From Gammaproteobacteria bacterium (GTDB taxonomy: Bacteria > Pseudomonadota > Gammaproteobacteria > JAJFKG01), in contig JAJFKG010000050.1 of NCBI GenBank assembly GCA_021773335.1, positions 1,682 to 65,681 of the forward strand: a stretch of 64,000 nucleotides of DNA, in the 5' to 3' direction. Position 1 is the stretch's first letter, and each line of letters begins with the position of its first letter. Positions 58,710-64,000 of this stretch are shown here, one piece after another. The position numbers and the translations under genes are program-made. Below the pieces are notes generated by a model. It did no database searches, was not told the DNA's origin, and saw only the letters and a list, made by a program, of their open reading frames with translations.

Positions 58710-60158
58710 ATGGATCCTAGAGAGCGATTTATTGGGCGAGATAATGAATTAAGTCGCCTAAAAAAATTTTTAAGTAAAAAAACGGCCTCTATGATCGTCG
58801 TCCGTGGCCGTAGACGTATCGGAAAAAGCCGACTCATCGAAGAACTTGCCAAGGGTACAACCTTCTACTCCTTTGCGGGTTTAGCACCAACAAAAGAAAC
58901 TACAGCACAATCACAACGTGATGTCTTCGCGGCACAACTCAGTGCGCAAACTAATTTACCGGAAATAAAGGCCGACGACTGGAGCAAACTATTTCAATTA
59001 CTGCATGAAAAAACCAAGCAAGGACGCATTGTATTATTGTTTGATGAAATCTCCTGGATGGGCGCAAAAGATCCAGATTTTTTAGGAAAAATCAAACATG
59101 CCTGGGATCAAAGCTTCAAAAAAAATCCCAATTTAGTTTTTGTAATTTGTGGCTCTGCGAGTGCTTGGATAGAAAAAAATATCTTAAGCAATACAGGTTT
59201 TTTAGGTAGGATTTCATTCACACTCACATTAGAGGAGTTAAATTTAAAAGACTGTGCCCAATTTTGGGGTGATAAATTAAATAACATTTCTCCTTATGAA
59301 AAATTCAAGTTACTCTCTGTTACTGGCGGCGTCCCCAGATACTTAGAAGAAATTGATCCCACTGTCAGTGCTGAAGAAAATATTGCCGCACTTTGCTTTA
59401 GAAAAGGTGGAATATTGGTTGATGAATTTGAGCATATTTTTTCAAATATGTTTCAAAGAAATACACCGCTCTACCGCACAATTGTTAAGTCACTGCTGAA
59501 TGGCCCCAAACAAACTGTTGACATTAGCCAAGCCTGTCAAGTTGAGATAACAGGCTTATTGAGCGAATATTTAGAAGAATTATCTTTATGTGGATTTATT
59601 AAAAGAGACTACACTTGGAATATCAAAATCGGCCAAGACAGCCGCTTGAGTCATTACCGATTGAGTGATAATTATCTACGATTTTATCTGCGTTATATTG
59701 AAAAATACAAAACAAAAATAGATCGCGGCAGCTATGAGTTTACCAGCTTAGCAACGTTACCTGAATGGCGCATCATCCTTGGATTACAGTTTGAAAACCT
59801 GGTCTTAAATAATCGGCCCTACATTCAGTCTTCCCTTAATATTCGCCCAGAAGATATCATCAGTGATAACCCTTTTTTTCAAAGAACCACCAATACCCAG
59901 CCAGGTTGTCAAATCGATTATATGATTCAAACGAAATTTAATACACTGTATGTTTGTGAGATTAAATTTTCAAAAAATCCTGTTGGCACCGAAGTTATTA
60001 AAGAGGTTCAACAAAAAATTGACCGCCTTAAACGACCGAAAGGCTTCTCTTGCCGCCCCACCCTCATCCATGTCAATGGCGTCACCAATGACCTTCTTGA
60101 TGAAAGCTACTTTGCTAACATTATTGACTTTAGCCAACTTCTCTCGGAGAGGCGATAA
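58710..60158 (+). CDS. Archaeal-type AAA ATPase with a winged-helix region and a C-terminal PD-(D/E)XK (DUF234-like) domain
   Basis: FIGRDNEL, Walker A GRRRIGKS, Walker B LLFDE, CGSAS, TGGVPRYL, DNYLRFY, FENLV, QIDY...CEIKF. Confidence 0.88.
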   Translation: MDPRERFIGRDNELSRLKKFLSKKTASMIVVRGRRRIGKSRLIEELAKGTTFYSFAGLAPTKETTAQSQRDVFAAQLSAQTNLPEIKADDWSKLFQLLHEKTKQGRIVLLFDEISWMGAKDPDFLGKIKHAWDQSFKKNPNLVFVICGSASAWIEKNILSNTGFLGRISFTLTLEELNLKDCAQFWGDKLNNISPYEKFKLLSVTGGVPRYLEEIDPTVSAEENIAALCFRKGGILVDEFEHIFSNMFQRNTPLYRTIVKSLLNGPKQTVDISQACQVEITGLLSEYLEELSLCGFIKRDYTWNIKIGQDSRLSHYRLSDNYLRFYLRYIEKYKTKIDRGSYEFTSLATLPEWRIILGLQFENLVLNNRPYIQSSLNIRPEDIISDNPFFQRTTNTQPGCQIDYMIQTKFNTLYVCEIKFSKNPVGTEVIKEVQQKIDRLKRPKGFSCRPTLIHVNGVTNDLLDESYFANIIDFSQLLSERR

Positions 60159-60182
60159 CCCGAGAATCCACAGGAGAAAAAC

Positions 60183-60257
60183 TGGTAGGCACGAGTGGGA
60201 TCGAACCACCGACCACCACCATGTCAAGGTGGTGCTCTACCACTGAGCTACGTGCCT
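60183..60257 (-). tRNA. tRNA-Val (GAC)
   Basis: AGGCACGTAGCTCAGTGGTAGAGCA-CCACC-TTGACAT-GGTGG...GGTTCGATCCC...CCA; 75 nt. Confidence 0.96.
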
Positions 60258-60262
60258 ACAGC

Positions 60263-60298
60263 GACGCGCACTTTATCACTCCACCGTGATTCCTTCAA
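60263..60298 (-). promoter_or_regulatory. Sigma70 promoter of tRNA-Val with a GC-rich discriminator
   Basis: Minus strand TTGAAG, N17, TAAAGT, then GCGCGTC. Confidence 0.6.
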
Positions 60299-60403
60299 CA
60301 AGCCCTATTGACCACTACGGTAAATTTTCCCATATAGACAATCGTTCAAAATTTGATAATCTTTTGGTTGCTAAAAATTGAACAGTTGTTTAAGAGGTTA
60401 AGC

Positions 60404-62236
60404 ATGGCATCTTCCAGCAGTGACACAGCAGAAAAACTTAAATTCCACAAAAGCATCACAGAAACACGCATGCTCTCCGTGATAAAAAACGTAACCCAGC
60501 ATGACGACGCTAGATTAGCGATCTACCTTGTGGGGCAATATTTAGCAACTAAAGATTACAACCCTATTCATGTTATCAGTTTTATCAAACAGAACCTTAT
60601 CTTCTTTTTACAAGATGGCGCTATCACCGAAAAATTTGAAAACTTGCTACATCTATTGGCTCAAGGAAATTACCCTGAAAGCGCTCATCAGCAAGCGGTT
60701 GCAGAATTAGTGGAATGGATAATTACGGATTTTTCACACTTAAGTAACCCGGAAATACTCGATAGAACTGGTACAACAGCGACAAAGCATGCAGCAGCAA
60801 GCGGCAATACTTTTTTAGTAACATTATTAACGAATCCCAAAGCGGACACAGCCCAAGTCAGCAGCCAATTTTTTGCGGCGAGTTTTGCTTCAAGCTCTTC
60901 GTCTAGTTCCTCGGCGAGTTCTGTGTCGAGCCACTTTAGCTCACGGATCAATGGCGTCAAGCTACTCGCCGACGCTTGGCAAAACTTCAAAGATGCTCAC
61001 TTATCAAGTGCTCATGCAGATATAACGAATAAGTTCGAAGACATTTTTCAACTATTTGGCAAAGCCCCTCTAAAAGCGATACAGGCAGTACAAGAGTGTA
61101 TTAATGACCGGCACTATGACAATTCTCTAGTTCTTGCTTTCATCAAAAGCTTTTTGCCCTTATTGATGAATAATAAAACCATTGGCACAGGCAATCTCAA
61201 CGTTTTGCATCTATTAGCTAGCTTTCAAGGTGATAGTGCTAAAGACGCGGCTATATTCCTGTATCGCATTATGAGTCATCATCTCAATTATTTCAGCACT
61301 AGGATCAACTCTGCAGAGTTGATGGACAAAAATGGCTCTACCGCACTGCATACCGCCGCATTCTATAGCAATATTCACGCTGCTAAGGTCTTAAAACGCT
61401 TTGGCGCACAACATGACATAAAGGACCATTACACGCCCCCAGAAACCGCATTGGAAAAAGTTGGCCCTAATCAGCAGCTAAGACAAGCCATTCTACACGG
61501 CGATCCCAATATTGAAGGTTGGGCCAAAACAGATTTTTCTCGGGAGTTTATCAGTAGCTCACTACACAGGATTGCTCAACTGATTAAAGCAAACCAGCAT
61601 AAGGCAGCAATGACTATCTTGAAGTCCTATGTAGAATCAAATCACGACTATAGGATGGATGCCCATAAAATGGAAAGTTTACATCAATTTATTGAGGTAA
61701 ACGCAGCGCTTTGGAATCAGTTAATCAGCGATCCCCTGACGACTGATTGCAATGGCAAAAACCTTGCTGGTATTTTCGCGATGGGAAATTATCGAAACGA
61801 AGCAGAAGCACGCATTGCTTTGAGTATCGTCAATGATTTCTTGAGCAAGCTAAATCCCGATCAACAACAAGCCGTATTGGCTACACGAGACAAAGATGCC
61901 GCCACCCCATTAGGGACGGTTGCCTTCGTAGCCGGATCATCGACATACGGTTTTCGATTCGCGCAACTATTTGTAAAATTTGGCGCAAAAGCTGATGTTG
62001 AGGAAGGCAAACAAAATCAAACGCCTTTAACTCAGGTAAAAGAAGCATTTATCTCCGCAGGCATTAAGAGCAAACTTATCGCTGCCATGCAAGGGAAAGC
62101 AATCCGTGGTGGACTGGAGCTTGGGGCTTGGTTAGCACAAGACTCAAGACATGAACAAGCCACAATAAGGATAACTCAAGAGCAAGCAGCGCAAACAGAA
62201 CCTTCATCCTGGTGGCCTTCTTTGACATTCAGCTGA
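60404..62236 (+). CDS. Ankyrin-repeat protein (effector-like)
   Basis: DRTGTTATKHAA, DKNGSTALHTAA..AAKVLKRFGA and DKDAATPLG..LFVKFGA; Ser-rich linker; SD GAGG before ATG 60404. Confidence 0.8.
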   Translation: MASSSSDTAEKLKFHKSITETRMLSVIKNVTQHDDARLAIYLVGQYLATKDYNPIHVISFIKQNLIFFLQDGAITEKFENLLHLLAQGNYPESAHQQAVAELVEWIITDFSHLSNPEILDRTGTTATKHAAASGNTFLVTLLTNPKADTAQVSSQFFAASFASSSSSSSSASSVSSHFSSRINGVKLLADAWQNFKDAHLSSAHADITNKFEDIFQLFGKAPLKAIQAVQECINDRHYDNSLVLAFIKSFLPLLMNNKTIGTGNLNVLHLLASFQGDSAKDAAIFLYRIMSHHLNYFSTRINSAELMDKNGSTALHTAAFYSNIHAAKVLKRFGAQHDIKDHYTPPETALEKVGPNQQLRQAILHGDPNIEGWAKTDFSREFISSSLHRIAQLIKANQHKAAMTILKSYVESNHDYRMDAHKMESLHQFIEVNAALWNQLISDPLTTDCNGKNLAGIFAMGNYRNEAEARIALSIVNDFLSKLNPDQQQAVLATRDKDAATPLGTVAFVAGSSTYGFRFAQLFVKFGAKADVEEGKQNQTPLTQVKEAFISAGIKSKLIAAMQGKAIRGGLELGAWLAQDSRHEQATIRITQEQAAQTEPSSWWPSLTFS

Positions 62237-62255
62237 ACTCTAACTAGTCTTTTCT

Positions 62256-62363
62256 TCATCCCCAAGGCGCTAGCCCGGCACTAGATGAACTGCTGCTCGC
62301 ACCACTGCTGGACGATGCCAAACTGCTAGGCGATGAGGCACCACTGGAGGAAAAAAAACTCAT
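62256..62363 (-). other. Ser-rich micro-ORF or gene remnant (35 aa)
   Basis: SD AAGGA before the ATG; MSFFSSSGASSPSSLASSSSGASSSSSSAGLAPWG. Confidence 0.35.
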
Positions 62364-62491
62364 TGAGTTTTCCTTAACCTAATAAAAAAAGGGAACAATA
62401 TATTGAATGAGCTAAATTCTAATTAACTATATTGCCGCATTTATAGAAGAAGTAAGCCAAGTTGTAGCAAATGGATTTGTCTGTGCTGCCG

Positions 62492-64000
62492 TCACTCCGA
62501 CACAATACCCATCGCACTGTCTTGCAGATGCTGCAATTCATCGCGGATACGCGCGGCTTCTTCGAATTCCAAATTGCGCGCGTGGGTATACATTTGTTGT
62601 TCGAGCTGTTTGATCTTTTTGGCGAGTTTATCAGGTGGCAAAGCTTCATATTCAGCTGCTTGCTCAGCGACCTTGGCAAAATACTGCGTCGAGCCCGGCG
62701 CTTGGCTATAAGCCCCTTCCATAATATCGTGTACGGCTTTTTCCACGCCTTTGGGAGTAATGTTATGTTTTTTATTGAAAACCATTTGTTTTTCACGCCG
62801 GCGCTGGGTTTCATCCATCGCGCGCTGCATGGAGCCGGTCACGCGATCCGCATATAAAATCGCTTTACCGTTAAGATTACGTGCGGCACGGCCAATCGTT
62901 TGAATCAAGGAACGATCAGAACGCAAAAAACCCTCTTTATCGGCATCCAGGATCGCAACCAGTGACACTTCTGGCATATCCAAACCTTCACGCAAGAGGT
63001 TAATCCCGACTAAGACATCGAATTCACCCAGGCGCAAATCACGAATGATTTCCACGCGCTCAACCGTGTCGATATCCGAATGTAAATAACGCACACGCGT
63101 GCCATGTTCAGCGAGATATTCGGTCAAGTCTTCGGCCATACGTTTAGTCAGCGTGGTCACTAAGACGCGCTCTTTAACGGCCGTGCGTTTTTGAATTTCA
63201 GAGAGCAAATCATCAACTTGGTTCGTCGCCGGTTTGACTTCAATTTCTGGGTCTATTAAACCGGTTGGGCGCACAACTTGTTCAATAACGGCATCGGCAT
63301 GGGCTGCTTCAAATTTACCCGGTGTCGCGGAGACAAACACCGTCTGCGGTGCCATATTGCTGAATTCATCAAAGCGCAAAGGTCGATTGTCTAAGGCCGA
63401 TGGCAAACGAAAGCCATATTCGACCAACGTCTCTTTGCGCGAACGGTCCCCCTTATACATTGCGCTCAATTGCGGCACCATGACATGCGACTCGTCAAGG
63501 ATCAACAACGCATTATTCGGTAGATAATCCATCAAAGTCGGTGGCGCCTCACCAGCTTCACGCCCCGACAAATAACGCGAATAATTTTCAATACCAGAGC
63601 AATAACCCAATTCCACCATCATTTCGATATCGTATTTAACGCGCTGTTCTAAGCGTTGCTCTTCGACCAGTTTGTTGAGGTCGCGTAATTGTTTGAGACG
63701 CTCAGCCAACTCAACTTTGGCTTTTTCGACGGTATCCAACACCGTCTGGCGCGGCGTTACATAGTGCGATTTAGGGTAAATCGTCAAACGCGGCACGCGA
63801 CGTAACATTTCACCCGTCAGCGGATCAAAATAACTGAGATTTTCGACTTCATCACCAAACAATTCGATGCGAATTGCTTCTTTATCAGATTCAGCGGGGA
63901 AAACATCGATCACATCCCCCCTCACCCGGTACGTGGAACGCTGCAAATCAATATCGTTACGCTTATATTGTAACTCGGCGAGACGGCGCAATAATTTGCG
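62492..64000 (-). CDS. uvrB: Excinuclease ABC subunit B (5' part outside the window)
   Basis: [44 protein letters not shown] and a C-terminal UVR domain. Confidence 0.98.
   Translation of the reverse strand, partial: RKLLRRLAELQYKRNDIDLQRSTYRVRGDVIDVFPAESDKEAIRIELFGDEVENLSYFDPLTGEMLRRVPRLTIYPKSHYVTPRQTVLDTVEKAKVELAERLKQLRDLNKLVEEQRLEQRVKYDIEMMVELGYCSGIENYSRYLSGREAGEAPPTLMDYLPNNALLILDESHVMVPQLSAMYKGDRSRKETLVEYGFRLPSALDNRPLRFDEFSNMAPQTVFVSATPGKFEAAHADAVIEQVVRPTGLIDPEIEVKPATNQVDDLLSEIQKRTAVKERVLVTTLTKRMAEDLTEYLAEHGTRVRYLHSDIDTVERVEIIRDLRLGEFDVLVGINLLREGLDMPEVSLVAILDADKEGFLRSDRSLIQTIGRAARNLNGKAILYADRVTGSMQRAMDETQRRREKQMVFNKKHNITPKGVEKAVHDIMEGAYSQAPGSTQYFAKVAEQAAEYEALPPDKLAKKIKQLEQQMYTHARNLEFEEAARIRDELQHLQDSAMGIVSE

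Overview
Chromosomal window from a gammaproteobacterium that looks Coxiella/Legionella-like. This is inferred from the ldh-E1a-E1b-E2 cluster, an ankyrin protein and several orphan effector-like genes. Most of the window is housekeeping: RND efflux pump, dapDE, liuCDE, coaA, ugpQ, a branched-chain 2-oxoacid dehydrogenase, mfd, asd, yadGH, serS-crcB-rarA-lolA-ftsK, trxB-aat-infA, clpSA, icd, mnmA, thrS-infC-rpmI-rplT-pheST-ihfA, uvrB, tRNA-Pro(GGG) and tRNA-Val(GAC). Two layers are unusual. (1) The intergenic DNA holds a dense set of non-autonomous palindromic elements: two GTAG-REP families, CGTC/TGTC-REPs, CACAG-loop hairpins, an IS4-like MITE and a tandem-GA palindrome. They nest in the same order at several loci and often supply the stop codon of the upstream gene. 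No cognate transposase is in the window. (2) Accessory genes cluster near the tRNAs: a 1.69-kb integrase-less islet bounded by a 76-bp tRNA-Val direct repeat carrying one ATPase/PD-(D/E)XK gene, an Rpn gene with a likely internal antitoxin start, a Bacillus-like lipoate ligase, and effector-like orphans (ankyrin, EreA/ChaN/TIKI-like, frameshifted pentapeptide). A HigBA module also sits between mfd and asd. All calls come from reading the sequence and recalled motifs; no database searches were run.
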